The position numbers and the translations under genes were made by a program. DNA of 64,000 bases. Origin: Gammaproteobacteria bacterium (GTDB lineage: Bacteria; Pseudomonadota; Gammaproteobacteria; UBA4575). The stretch is from contig CBDCTA010000029.1 of NCBI GenBank assembly GCA_965221955.1, positions 604,601 to 668,600 of the forward strand, written 5' to 3'. Under the pieces are notes generated by a model that saw nothing but the letters and a program-made list of their open reading frames with translations, searched no databases and was not told the DNA's origin. Of this stretch, positions 31,977 to 42,027 are shown piece by piece (within the stretch, counting starts at the first letter, position 1; each line of letters starts with the position of its first letter).

Positions 31977-32618
31977 TTAAGACGATGATGCAGTTTTGGC
32001 TGTGTACTTTTGATAGCGTTTTAAGACTTTTTTAACGTAGCCTTTCGTTTCTGCATAGGGAGGGATGCCACCGTATTTTTCTACCGCATGGGGGCCTGCA
32101 TTGTATGCTGCTAGGGCTAATTCAGTGTTGTCGTTAAATCTTTCTAGCATTTGACTGAAATATTTAATACCACCTCGAATATTTGAGTTAGCATTGAAAG
32201 AATCTTTCACGCCTAGTTCTTTGGCTGTAGCAGGCATTAACTGCATTAAGCCTCGTGCGCCTACGGATGAAACTGCTTTGCGATCAAAACAAGATTCAAT
32301 TGCAATAATGGCTTTTACTAGATTGGGGTCTACTTCAAATGCAATTGAATAGGCTTCTATCGCATCTATGTAAGTGCTGGCGCGTTTGTCGAGTTTGGCA
32401 GCAGTCATGTTTCTGCATGAGACCACTGCAGTAGGTCGGCCGATAGTTGCCATCAGAGTGTATCTTTCCTGAGGCATTTTTCGATCCGTTATCCAGCTTG
32501 TACCATCACTTTCTTTGTATACATAAAACTCAGCTTGCAACTTCATTGGTAATATTGCGCCTAGTATGCTCGTACAAGTCATAGCGATGGCGAGCAAGCT
32601 GTATTGTGATTTGAGCAT
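31977..32618 (-). CDS. Lytic transglycosylase (SLT domain)
   Basis: IES, GLMQLMPATA, ALAAYNAG, PPYAET..YV. Confidence 0.93.
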   Translation of the reverse strand: MLKSQYSLLAIAMTCTSILGAILPMKLQAEFYVYKESDGTSWITDRKMPQERYTLMATIGRPTAVVSCRNMTAAKLDKRASTYIDAIEAYSIAFEVDPNLVKAIIAIESCFDRKAVSSVGARGLMQLMPATAKELGVKDSFNANSNIRGGIKYFSQMLERFNDNTELALAAYNAGPHAVEKYGGIPPYAETKGYVKKVLKRYQKYTAKTASSS

Positions 32619-32778
32619 GTCAGCGATTCAGAAAAGTTAAGGTATGATTGTATCCAATAAGAATTCTTTTGATTTCCATTCTATGCAATGAATATTACCA
32701 TTTATCTCGTTAGTTACGAATATAGTAGTGAGTAAAATCGCGAAATAAGTGGATTTTTAATTATTATTTCCTTAGTTG

Positions 32779-33627
32779 ATGACTACCACTTTAGATCAAG
32801 CCATTGTTAGTGAAACTATACTTGCACCTTTGCAAGTGAAAACGATTCATAAATACTTATGTGAGCAGAGTATAAATAGTATAGGAAAGATTCATGTTTT
32901 TCCTAGTATTGAGTCTACAAATAAGTACCTACTTGGGTATGAAGCGAGTGCCAAGCAAGTGGTTATATGTTTAGCCGAGCATCAAACTCAAGGGCGTGGT
33001 CGCTACGGACACCAATGGGAATCACCTTCTGGAGTAAATGTATATTTATCCATGTCATGGCCATTACACGATACACAAAAAAAATATGATGTACTTAGTC
33101 TCTGGTTGCTATTGGCCATTGCTGAATTATTGGAAAAACATCAATTGCAAAATATTCAGCTCAAGTGGCCTAATGATATCTGTGTGCAAGGTAAAAAATT
33201 AGCCGGGGTGCTAATAGAGCGAAAGATAGGGCAAAGCAAACACAATTTGGTGATTGGGTTGGGTTTGAATGTAGCAATGTCGCTTAAAGATGATGTGAGG
33301 ATTAATACACCTTGGATTGATTTACTTTCGATTAAACCGAATTGGCAGGTTTCACGCAATGAACTATCCGCGCAGTTGATAGAGATCCTCATGAATACAC
33401 TCACTCATTTTGAGCAAGAGAAATTAAATGACTTGGCGGTTAGGTGGAATGATTATGACATGCTGAAAAACGAACAAGTACAGTTTCTATATGATGGAGA
33501 AATTGGAGTTGGGGAAGTTAAAGGCATTGATGAGTCGGGCCAAATTATTTTGAATATGAATGGAGAGGTTATGCATTTGCATAGCTCACAACTTAGTGAA
33601 ATTAAATTAATTGGAAAACCTGAATGA
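32779..33627 (+). CDS. birA: Biotin--[acetyl-CoA carboxylase] ligase (no evident N-terminal HTH)
   Basis: STN, QTQGRGR, KWPND, KLAGVL. Confidence 0.93.
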   Translation: MTTTLDQAIVSETILAPLQVKTIHKYLCEQSINSIGKIHVFPSIESTNKYLLGYEASAKQVVICLAEHQTQGRGRYGHQWESPSGVNVYLSMSWPLHDTQKKYDVLSLWLLLAIAELLEKHQLQNIQLKWPNDICVQGKKLAGVLIERKIGQSKHNLVIGLGLNVAMSLKDDVRINTPWIDLLSIKPNWQVSRNELSAQLIEILMNTLTHFEQEKLNDLAVRWNDYDMLKNEQVQFLYDGEIGVGEVKGIDESGQIILNMNGEVMHLHSSQLSEIKLIGKPE

Positions 33628-34361
33628 AATTATTATTCGATTTAGGCAATAGCCGTTGTAAATATGCTGTGCTTGGCGAAAACGGAATCATGGAGTATGG
33701 CTACAAGAATTATGAGCCGTTTGGAAAACTTTATACTGTTAAATCATTATGCGACGCGTATGAGGCTACTAAGGTAATTATTTGTTCTGTATTAAGTGAA
33801 AAAATGAATGCAGATATATTAGAGACACTACAAAACAAGGATGGGTGTGATGTTTATTTTCTCGTGGCTGAAAAGAACAGTTTTGGGGTAGAACTTGCTT
33901 ATGAGAACCCGAGCGCAATGGGGGTAGATCGTGTCGCTGCCTTGATTGCAGCAAAGGAGAAGTATTCAGGTAGCACTTGTGTTGTGGACTGTGGTACTGC
34001 AATAACAATTGATGTGCTGAATGCAAGTGGAGCTCATCAGGGTGGGGTTATATTTCCAGGTGAAAAAGCGATGCGAAAAGGTCTTTTAGAATGCACAAGA
34101 ATCACCTGTGATGATGCTGAAGTAGAGTTTAATGCGCATGCAAGTTCAACTGAGCAAGCCATTTATACTGGTTGTGTTAGTGCGGTTGCAGGTGGAATTG
34201 AATATGCTATAAAGAAGATGTCATCAAATAACGATGGTTTTGATCAAATCGTATTTACGGGTGGGAATGCTGAAGGCGTTAAGGGTCATGTGGATCTGCA
34301 AGCGCAAATCGAGCCCACGTTTGTTTTAGATGGTCTAAAGATTGTAGCTGAGAATATATAA
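33624..34361 (+). CDS. coaX: Type III pantothenate kinase
   Basis: DLGNSRCK, GVDR, VDCGTAITID, TGG. Confidence 0.93.
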   Translation: MKLLFDLGNSRCKYAVLGENGIMEYGYKNYEPFGKLYTVKSLCDAYEATKVIICSVLSEKMNADILETLQNKDGCDVYFLVAEKNSFGVELAYENPSAMGVDRVAALIAAKEKYSGSTCVVDCGTAITIDVLNASGAHQGGVIFPGEKAMRKGLLECTRITCDDAEVEFNAHASSTEQAIYTGCVSAVAGGIEYAIKKMSSNNDGFDQIVFTGGNAEGVKGHVDLQAQIEPTFVLDGLKIVAENI

Positions 34362-34379
34362 AGAGATTATTAAACGAAT

Positions 34380-35105
34380 ATGCGCTCGTTATTTATATTA
34401 TTACTTGTTGTAAATATTAGTTACTTGGTGTGGGGGGTGGCTTTTTCAGAAAAAGCTGAAACTGTGCCCGTATTTGTTCAGCCGGAAGGTGTACAAACTC
34501 TAACTTTACTGAGCGAAACTCAAATCGTAGCTTCAGTAACAAACGAAGTAAAAAAAGTATCTGATACAAATAAACCAATATTAAATGAAACTGAGAGTGC
34601 TGATAAGGCGCCTCTAGTGTCAAGAAGTTGTTACACCTTGGGCCCGATATTGGATGATAAGGATGTAAAAAAGCTAGAACAAAAATTACAACAGAATGGT
34701 ATTACAGCTAAACGTAAATCAATTACTGGTAAAGAGCCAAAATCTTACTGGGTATATTTTCCTCCAGAAAAATCTATGCAAGATGCAAAAGCTATAGTGA
34801 ATCAATTACAAATTGCTGAGGTGGATGACTACTTTATTGTTCGTAAAGGCGAATACACTCATGCCATTTCGTTAGGGCTCTATAATGGATATCGTCGAGC
34901 AAAAATTAGACTAAGAAAGCTGAAGAAGCTCGGGTTTAATGCCAAAGTTCAAACTCGCTATCATGATGTAACGCGTCACTGGTTAGATTTTCAAGAAAGC
35001 AGCGCAAAACCACTTAAGGATAGTATTTGGAATAAAATTGATGAGGATAATCCGCTACAAAAAATAGCCCGGCCATGTGTCGATCCGCTACCTAGCAATT
35101 CATAA
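34380..35105 (+). CDS. SPOR-domain protein
   Basis: N-terminal TM, CYTLGP, YWVY.P, AISLG; conserved position after coaX. Confidence 0.8.
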   Translation: MRSLFILLLVVNISYLVWGVAFSEKAETVPVFVQPEGVQTLTLLSETQIVASVTNEVKKVSDTNKPILNETESADKAPLVSRSCYTLGPILDDKDVKKLEQKLQQNGITAKRKSITGKEPKSYWVYFPPEKSMQDAKAIVNQLQIAEVDDYFIVRKGEYTHAISLGLYNGYRRAKIRLRKLKKLGFNAKVQTRYHDVTRHWLDFQESSAKPLKDSIWNKIDEDNPLQKIARPCVDPLPSNS

Positions 35106-35125
35106 AAAAACAATGCGAAGGAACA

Positions 35126-35201
35126 TGGAGCCACCTGTCAGATTCGAACTGACGACCTACTGATTACAAATCAGTTGCTCTACCAACTGAGCTAAGGTGG
35201 C
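35126..35201 (-). tRNA. tRNA-Thr(UGU)
   Basis: Reverse complement GCCACCTTAGCTCAGTTGGTAGAGC...TTTGTAA...GGCTCCA. Confidence 0.95.
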
Positions 35202-35357
35202 TTGACAAGAAAAGGGGTGAATATTGCCTTTGCGGCGTTTACAAATCAAGGCTTTGTAAAAAGATATGCTACCAACAATATTTCTGCTATTAGTTTACTC
35301 AATACTTTGGATTGAATGCTACCATTTACCTAACAAAATCGTGCATTCAGGAAGCTT

Positions 35358-36110
35358 ATGTATAGGATCGTGTTAAAAAGAATAGCTGCTATTATTCTAT
35401 CGGGGCTGTTTGGTTTATTTGTCGCTTGTGCAAGCACAAAAGTTGATGATGAAAATGCTTTAACTACGATTGACGCAGGTCCGCTTGATGGTATCTGGAC
35501 AGGCGAATTCGATATTCGAGGTAGAGGGCCATACGATTTCACCGCAATACACTTAAATGAAAAAGCCTATGCATATAGTTTAAAAGCGAAAGCGATGTGT
35601 GTTGGGACCTTAGCATTTGATGGAGAGCATGCAATACATAAATATATATTATTTGAATTAGATGGCGGCCCATTTGATTGGGCGACCATTACAGGAACCC
35701 TAAAAAAGAATGAGCAAAATCAAAATTTGTTGGCTTCACATTTCAAAACCTTAAATGGTGGTGATACGGGTGCGTTAGATATTGCATACAATGAAATTTA
35801 TAACCAACCTTCGTCACTAGAATTAACGCAGGGAGAGTGGACGTATACGGATCGAGATAATTTGACCACAAATTTCTCCGTCGATAAGCAAGGAACGATT
35901 GTCGGCAGTGATTCAGACGGATGTGAGTTTCTTGGATATATGGATATTATAAATCCAAAGCAAAATGCTTATCGTATAAAAGTTGAGATCAAAGAATGCA
36001 GCTCGGCTAATGGTGAGTACGAAGGTGTATCTTTTATTGCAGATAGTACATTAACTGTGCAAATTGCAAATTCTCAGTACGCATTGTTCTATGCGTTCGA
36101 TCGAAAATAA
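35358..36110 (+). CDS. Hypothetical beta-rich lipoprotein
   Basis: Signal peptide ending FVAC; two lipocalin-like G.W.G/G.WT starts. Confidence 0.7.
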   Translation: MYRIVLKRIAAIILSGLFGLFVACASTKVDDENALTTIDAGPLDGIWTGEFDIRGRGPYDFTAIHLNEKAYAYSLKAKAMCVGTLAFDGEHAIHKYILFELDGGPFDWATITGTLKKNEQNQNLLASHFKTLNGGDTGALDIAYNEIYNQPSSLELTQGEWTYTDRDNLTTNFSVDKQGTIVGSDSDGCEFLGYMDIINPKQNAYRIKVEIKECSSANGEYEGVSFIADSTLTVQIANSQYALFYAFDRK

Positions 36111-36139
36111 ACATAACTTTGCTACATAAATAATCTGCG

Positions 36140-37036
36140 ATGTCAGTCGCGAAATTTTATCCTTTTAATGGTGAGCGAGGCCGATTGCGTCTTGGTTTAA
36201 GTTCTATAGCATTTTCTGAATGGTTGCAGTACGAAAATGATTTTGCAGATAGAGTAAAAGAAAAAAAATATCTTACTCAAACTGAGGGAAAACGAGTTTT
36301 AGATGCTTTGCCAGAAAGTGTTGAGGCGCAGAAAGAGTGTTTGGGTGTATTGACAGAACATCTTCAGAAGTATCATTTAGATAAATTCGAAGTTTCAAAG
36401 GATCGCATTCTCAGTAAAGTGGAAAACTTTACTTATTTATTTTCTGAATTTGAGAAATGTCCACTTGAATTAGCAAGTTATTTGATTGCAGATGATATTT
36501 GTTTGCTCAGGGCAAGTGGAGATGATTATAAGTTAGTGGCAGCATCGGTTTGTGCGCCTACTTGGTGGGATCTGTCTGAAAAAATAGGCAAACCACTCAC
36601 GAGTATTCATGCGCCGATTCCCAATCTGGAAAATAAGATTGGACGGATGATTCGACATTTCCTACAAAATTTAAAGGCTGAAGATTGTTATCAACGCTCT
36701 AATTGGTTCTTATTTACAAGCCCTAATCTTTGTGTATTTCCAAATAGCTTTGATTTTTATACTGAGATGACTGGAGTCGATTTAGAAAATATCGAAACAA
36801 AATTATTCTTACGCAGTGAAAGACAAACTTTTCGCAGACTGAAAAATACAAAGCATATTGCATTTGGTATCAAGGTTTACGTTGAGCCAATAAGTATTGT
36901 TAAAGAGCATCCTGCGATAGCTGAAGACTTAATGACTGCACTTAATACAATGAATAGTGAGCAAAAGAATGGTTTGGGGATTAACTTTGTAGAGAAGCCG
37001 CTAGCTGCTTATTTACATCAGGCGTTAGAAGCTTAG
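36140..37036 (+). CDS. DUF3445 / heme-dependent oxidative N-demethylase alpha-subunit family
   Basis: DDICLL, VCAP..W....KIG.....IHAPIP, RSNW, LRSERQT. Confidence 0.85.
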   Translation: MSVAKFYPFNGERGRLRLGLSSIAFSEWLQYENDFADRVKEKKYLTQTEGKRVLDALPESVEAQKECLGVLTEHLQKYHLDKFEVSKDRILSKVENFTYLFSEFEKCPLELASYLIADDICLLRASGDDYKLVAASVCAPTWWDLSEKIGKPLTSIHAPIPNLENKIGRMIRHFLQNLKAEDCYQRSNWFLFTSPNLCVFPNSFDFYTEMTGVDLENIETKLFLRSERQTFRRLKNTKHIAFGIKVYVEPISIVKEHPAIAEDLMTALNTMNSEQKNGLGINFVEKPLAAYLHQALEA

Positions 37037-37040
37037 GTAA

Positions 37041-38381
37041 TTAACCGGAAAGTGTTTCGCCTCGTCCGATAGCATAGTATTTAAAACCAAGTTGTTGCAT
37101 TAATCCGGGTTCATATAGGTTGCGTCCATCAAAAACGACCGGATGTGAAAGTGATTTTTTTATCGCCTCAAAATTAGGGCTTTTAAATTCACTCCATTCA
37201 GTAACTAACGCGAGGGCATCTGCATTTTCGAGGGTTTCATCTTTCTCATCACATAGCGTAAGTGCAGGATGATCAGCATAGATGCGTCTACACTCATCCA
37301 TCGCAACAGGGTCATAAGCTTGTACAGTTGCACCTGCTTCCCATAAAGCTTCCATTAATACTCGACTAGAAGCTTCGCGCATGTCGTCGGTGTTTGGTTT
37401 GAAAGCAAGTCCCCAAAGCGCAATGACTTTATTTTTTAGATTGCCATTGAAATAGTTATTGATTTTATTAAACAGCACTTGTTTTTGATTTTGGTTAACT
37501 TGATCAACTGCAGCAACCAGTGTGGGTTCATAATCAGCATCTTTAGCGATATGCTGAAGTGCTTTTACGTCTTTAGGAAAACAAGAACCTCCATAACCAC
37601 AGCCCGGATAAATAAATTGATAACCGATACGTGGATCGGAACCAATACCTAAGCGAACTTCTTCAATGTCAGCACCTAAACGCTCAGCAATATTTGCTAG
37701 TTCGTTCATAAAACTAATTTTAGTTGCTAAAATAGCGTTGGCGGCATACTTGGTAAGTTCTGCAGAAGCTGGTTCCATGAAATGCATGCGATCACGACTA
37801 CGGTTGAAGGGTGCGTAAAGCGCACGCATTAGTTCTGCTGTGCGTGGATTTTTTTCAACTCCTACGATAATACGATCTGGCTTCATAAAGTCTTCGATCG
37901 CAGCGCCTTCTTTTAAAAATTCAGGGTTTGAGACGACGTCATATTCTAACGATACATCTCTTTTTTCTAATTCGCCTCTAACAGCATTGGAAACTTTTTC
38001 AGCAGTACCAACCGGAACTGTGGATTTATTGACAATAATTTTATATTCATCCATGCCTTGGCCGATGGTCTCAGCCACTTTTAATACGTGTTGTAAATCA
38101 GCGGAGCCATCTTCATCGGGCGGTGTGCCGACAGCAATAAATTGAAACAAGCCGTGTTGAATACCTTCTTCGGCATCTAGGGTAAAATCAATTCGTGTTG
38201 CTTCCACGTTAGTTTGAATGAGTTCTTGCAATCCTGGCTCATGGATTGGAACAATGCATTGCTTAAGCTTTTTAATTCTATCTGCATCGATATCCACGCA
38301 TAGAACATTATTGCCAACTTGAGCTAAACAAGCTGCAGTTACTAAGCCTACATAGCCAGAACCATAAATTGTTACATTCAT
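37041..38381 (-). CDS. ugd: UDP-glucose 6-dehydrogenase
   Basis: [35 protein letters not shown]. Confidence 0.96.
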   Translation of the reverse strand: MNVTIYGSGYVGLVTAACLAQVGNNVLCVDIDADRIKKLKQCIVPIHEPGLQELIQTNVEATRIDFTLDAEEGIQHGLFQFIAVGTPPDEDGSADLQHVLKVAETIGQGMDEYKIIVNKSTVPVGTAEKVSNAVRGELEKRDVSLEYDVVSNPEFLKEGAAIEDFMKPDRIIVGVEKNPRTAELMRALYAPFNRSRDRMHFMEPASAELTKYAANAILATKISFMNELANIAERLGADIEEVRLGIGSDPRIGYQFIYPGCGYGGSCFPKDVKALQHIAKDADYEPTLVAAVDQVNQNQKQVLFNKINNYFNGNLKNKVIALWGLAFKPNTDDMREASSRVLMEALWEAGATVQAYDPVAMDECRRIYADHPALTLCDEKDETLENADALALVTEWSEFKSPNFEAIKKSLSHPVVFDGRNLYEPGLMQQLGFKYYAIGRGETLSG

Positions 38382-38538
38382 TTTTGAGAGAGCTATTGAT
38401 TAAAAAATTTACCTGTAGCCAATGAGTAATTGTTGGCAGGATTCTGAATGCTAACGTAATCGTTTTACGGACGCTTAACAATGCATTTAGCTACCAGCGT
38501 GTAATTTTTTAGTTTGAATTACCTACTCGATCACAATA

Positions 38539-38570
38539 TTGACAGCTAACTGTAGAGTCGAGCAAAATGC
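38539..38570 (+). promoter_or_regulatory. Probable promoter for tRNA-Tyr
   Basis: TTGACA at 38539 followed by CAAAAT about 18 bp later. Confidence 0.5.
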
Positions 38571-38578
38571 TTTGCCCT

Positions 38579-38663
38579 GGAGGGGTGGCCGAGTGGTTAA
38601 AGGCGACGGACTGTAAATCCGTTCTCTCTGAGTACGCTGGTTCGAATCCAGCCCCCTCCACCA
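38579..38663 (+). tRNA. tRNA-Tyr(GUA)
   Basis: Loop CTGTAAA, long variable arm, CCA end. Confidence 0.97.
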
Positions 38664-38717
38664 TTTTTATCACATACCAAGACATAGGAAATCTATGTCT
38701 TGGTATGTGATAAAAAT
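38663..38717. repeat. Perfect 25-bp inverted repeat directly after tRNA-Tyr
   Basis: ATTTTTATCACATACCAAGACATAG-GAAAT-CTATGTCTTGGTATGTGATAAAAAT. Confidence 0.9.
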
Positions 38718-38729
38718 ATTTAGAGATGG

Positions 38730-38959
38730 TACGGTTTGAACCTGGTATCGCAGGGCGATCATTAGTTTGCGTGTAATACGCCACACGCAAGGGTGGTTCG
38801 ACAAATTGGCAGGAAAGCTAATTTGCACAGACGAAGTCTGCCTGCAAGCGAGCGACATGGATGTAGCGAGTAAAATTTGTTGGGAACAAATTTGAACGTT
38901 GCGGTAAAACTGCGACGGCCTGAAGGGTGAAGGGCAAGGATAGCCCGGAGTAATCCAGC
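38730..38959 (+). repeat. tRNA-linked structured repeat
   Basis: GGTTCGA...AATCCAGC enclosing two related units (AAATT..GGAA..AATTTG, tetraloop hairpin, CA.GGAT hairpin, GAGTAA). Confidence 0.65.
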
Positions 38960-38980
38960 TTTTGTTTTTTCTATTCTTAC

Positions 38981-39054
<74 letters not shown>

Positions 39055-39366
39055 ACGGTTTGCAGGAAAAATACGATATGCAAGCCTGCTAAGGTCTACA
39101 TGAAAAGCTCTCAAGGCCTGTGCTATGTCTAATTTTTTTGGGCCTACACCAAAATACCTGCACGATCTTTTTTTATACTAGAGATTTATTGGTTTGCAGG
39201 TGTGGAAGTAAATAATATCTCATCTCAATTTCGGCGCACGAATTTAGCGCATACAAAAGTTAAAAAGCTTGTCATTCAAATTACCAACCTAGCTACCCCA
39301 ATCGCACTACTAAAATAGTGCTGCAACAGATAATTTCAACGTTTACAATGCGCTCAATATTTATTT

Positions 39367-39442
39367 GCCCACATAGCTCAGTTGGTAGAGCACATCCATG
39401 GTAAGGATGAGGTCGTCAGTTCAATTCTGACTGTGGGCTCCA
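39367..39442 (+). tRNA. tRNA-Thr(GGU)
   Basis: Loop ATGGTAA, CCA end, directly upstream of tuf. Confidence 0.96.
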
Positions 39443-39497
39443 TTAAAAATTTGTTAGTGAATTGGCTACTGAATCGAGGTCATAGAGGTAAAAGAAA

Positions 39498-40688
39498 ATG
39501 TCGAAAGAGAAGTTTGAGCGTAATAAACCGCATGTGAATGTAGGCACGATTGGTCACGTGGATCATGGTAAGACCACGTTAACGGCGGCGTTAACCAAAG
39601 TCATGGGCGAGACCCACGGAGGCGAATTCAAAGCCTATGACCAAATCGACAACGCTCCTGAAGAACGTGAACGCGGCATCACCATTGCCACCGCCCACGT
39701 CGAATACGAAAGCCCCAATCGACACTACGCCCACGTCGACTGTCCCGGACACGCCGACTACGTAAAGAACATGATCACCGGTGCGGCCCAAATGGACGGC
39801 GCCATCCTTGTCGTGAGTGCTGCAGACGGTCCCATGCCTCAAACGCGTGAACACATTCTACTCGCCAGACAAGTAGGCGTACCCTACATCCTCGTCTACA
39901 TGAACAAAGCCGACCAAGTCGACGACGCCGAACTCCTCGAACTCGTTGAAATGGAAATTCGTGACCTTCTTTCTACCTACGAATTCCCAGGCGACGACAC
40001 TCCCATCGTAACCGGATCCGCACTAAAGGCACTTGAAGGCGATACATCAGATATCGGTATTCCCTCGATCGTCAAACTCGTAGAAGAAATGGACGCCTTT
40101 ATTCCCGAACCCGAACGCGCCATCGACGGCGACTTCATCATGCCCGTCGAAGACGTCTTCTCCATCTCAGGACGCGGTACCGTAGTAACCGGTCGTATCG
40201 AACGTGGCATCATCAACGTCGGTGACGAAATCGAAATCGTTGGCATCAAAGACACCACCAGCACCACCTGTACCGGAGTCGAAATGTTCAGAAAACTACT
40301 CGACCAAGGCCAAGCCGGAGACAACGTCGGCGTACTACTACGTGGCACCAAACGCGACGAAGTCGAACGTGGCCAAGTCCTATGTAAACCTGGCAGCATC
40401 ACCCCACACACCAAATTCGAAGCCGAAGTCTACATCCTCAGCAAAGAAGAAGGCGGACGCCATACCCCATTCTTCAATGGCTATCGTCCCCAGTTCTACT
40501 TCAGAACCACCGACGTAACCGGCGCATGTGAACTTCCCGAAGGCACCGAAATGGTCATGCCGGGTGACAACGTCAAGATGACCGTCTCCATGATCGCCCC
40601 GATTGCGATGGACGAAGGCTTACGCTTTGCGATTCGAGAAGGTGGACGTACGGTCGGTGCAGGAGTCGTAGCCAAGATTATAGAATAA
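39498..40688 (+). CDS. tuf: Elongation factor Tu
   Basis: [20 protein letters not shown]. Confidence 0.99.
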   Translation: MSKEKFERNKPHVNVGTIGHVDHGKTTLTAALTKVMGETHGGEFKAYDQIDNAPEERERGITIATAHVEYESPNRHYAHVDCPGHADYVKNMITGAAQMDGAILVVSAADGPMPQTREHILLARQVGVPYILVYMNKADQVDDAELLELVEMEIRDLLSTYEFPGDDTPIVTGSALKALEGDTSDIGIPSIVKLVEEMDAFIPEPERAIDGDFIMPVEDVFSISGRGTVVTGRIERGIINVGDEIEIVGIKDTTSTTCTGVEMFRKLLDQGQAGDNVGVLLRGTKRDEVERGQVLCKPGSITPHTKFEAEVYILSKEEGGRHTPFFNGYRPQFYFRTTDVTGACELPEGTEMVMPGDNVKMTVSMIAPIAMDEGLRFAIREGGRTVGAGVVAKIIE

Positions 40689-40744
40689 CTTTAAAAGTAA
40701 ATTCAGTTACATAGAGTATTTATCAAAAGAGAAGAGTTAAGAAT

Positions 40745-41059
40745 ATGCCAGCAGGACAAACTATACGTATACGCTTAAAAGCGTTTGATCATCGATTGAT
40801 TGACCGTTCCGCAAGCGAGATTGTTGAGACTGCCAAGCGTACCGGCGCAAGGGTAAAGGGTCCTATTCCATTGCCTACCAAGAAGGAGCGCTTCACAATT
40901 TTGATTTCTCCTCATGTGGATAAAAATGCTCGTGATCAATATGAGATTCGTACTCATAAACGCATTATGGATATCGTTGAGCCCACCGATAAAACCGTAG
41001 ATGCTTTGATGAAACTGGATTTAGCAGCGGGCGTGGATGTGCAAATTAAGCTGAATTAA
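40745..41059 (+). CDS. rpsJ: 30S ribosomal protein S10
   Basis: [14 protein letters not shown]. Confidence 0.99.
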   Translation: MPAGQTIRIRLKAFDHRLIDRSASEIVETAKRTGARVKGPIPLPTKKERFTILISPHVDKNARDQYEIRTHKRIMDIVEPTDKTVDALMKLDLAAGVDVQIKLN

Positions 41060-41174
41060 TCGGCCTTATAAGTACATGTTGAATAGACGGTATTAACCGC
41101 GCAAATTTGGCTAAAAATATTGGAAAAATATAGCTTTTTGAATAGAGAAAATGGTTTTCTAACCCGCTGATTTT

Positions 41175-41228
41175 TGTGATAATGCACGGCTCACTATGGC
41201 CCGGCTATGAGGTAACTCATGCCGGGCC
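41175..41228 (+). promoter_or_regulatory. Probable internal promoter and leader hairpin upstream of rplC
   Basis: TGTGATAAT extended -10 with GC-rich discriminator; hairpin GGCCCGGC-T-ATGAG-GTAA-CTCAT-GCCGGGCC. Confidence 0.55.
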
Positions 41229-41293
41229 TTGGTTATCCAGGACTATAGAAATCACAATCTCAGCTCATTAGAGCAGATGAGTAGTAACGAATT

Positions 41294-42016
41294 ATGTCAT
41301 TAGGTTTAGTAGGTAAAAAAGTTGGTATGACGCGTGTCTTTACAGAGGCAGGTGTGTCAGTGCCCGTGACCGTTGTACATGCGCCTGCAAATCGGATTAC
41401 TCAAGTCCGCACGCCTGATGTTGATGGTTATCACGCAGTGCAAGTGACCTATGGTGAGAAAAAAGCATCGCGAATTAACAAAGCGACAGCAGGGCAGTTT
41501 GCAAAAAACGGTGTAGCTGCGGGAAGAGGATTACGCGAATTTAGATTAGAAAAAGATGTTCCTGATACATTAAAAATAGGAACAGAATTAAACGCTACGT
41601 TATTTTCGGTTGGACAAAAAGTTTCTGTTGCGGGGATTACTAAAGGTAAAGGTTTTGCGGGCCCTGTAAAACGTCATAACTTTCATATGCAAGATGCGAC
41701 ACACGGCAACTCAATCTCGCATCGTGCACACGGCTCAACGGGTCAATGTCAAGATCCAGGTCGTGTATTTAAAGGCAAAAAGATGGCGGGTCAGATGGGT
41801 AATGTTCGTGTGACTACAAAGAACCTTGAAGTTGTGCAAATTGATTCGGAAAAAGATTTATTACTTATCAAAGGTGCAGTGCCTGGTGCACCTGGTGGTG
41901 ACGTCATTGTTAAGCCCGTGAATGCGGAAGAAGTGAATTTGCCAACTGATGAAGTGCCTGTAGAAGAGCAACAAGAAACTGCAGATGCACCACAAGAAGA
42001 CAACACCGAATCATAA
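41294..42016 (+). CDS. rplC: 50S ribosomal protein L3
   Basis: [21 protein letters not shown]. Confidence 0.99.
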   Translation: MSLGLVGKKVGMTRVFTEAGVSVPVTVVHAPANRITQVRTPDVDGYHAVQVTYGEKKASRINKATAGQFAKNGVAAGRGLREFRLEKDVPDTLKIGTELNATLFSVGQKVSVAGITKGKGFAGPVKRHNFHMQDATHGNSISHRAHGSTGQCQDPGRVFKGKKMAGQMGNVRVTTKNLEVVQIDSEKDLLLIKGAVPGAPGGDVIVKPVNAEEVNLPTDEVPVEEQQETADAPQEDNTES

Positions 42017-42027
42017 AGATAAATATC

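Noticed and set aside
39591-40518. Alternative-frame ORFs within tuf
   Set aside because: By-product of C-rich codon bias reducing stop codons
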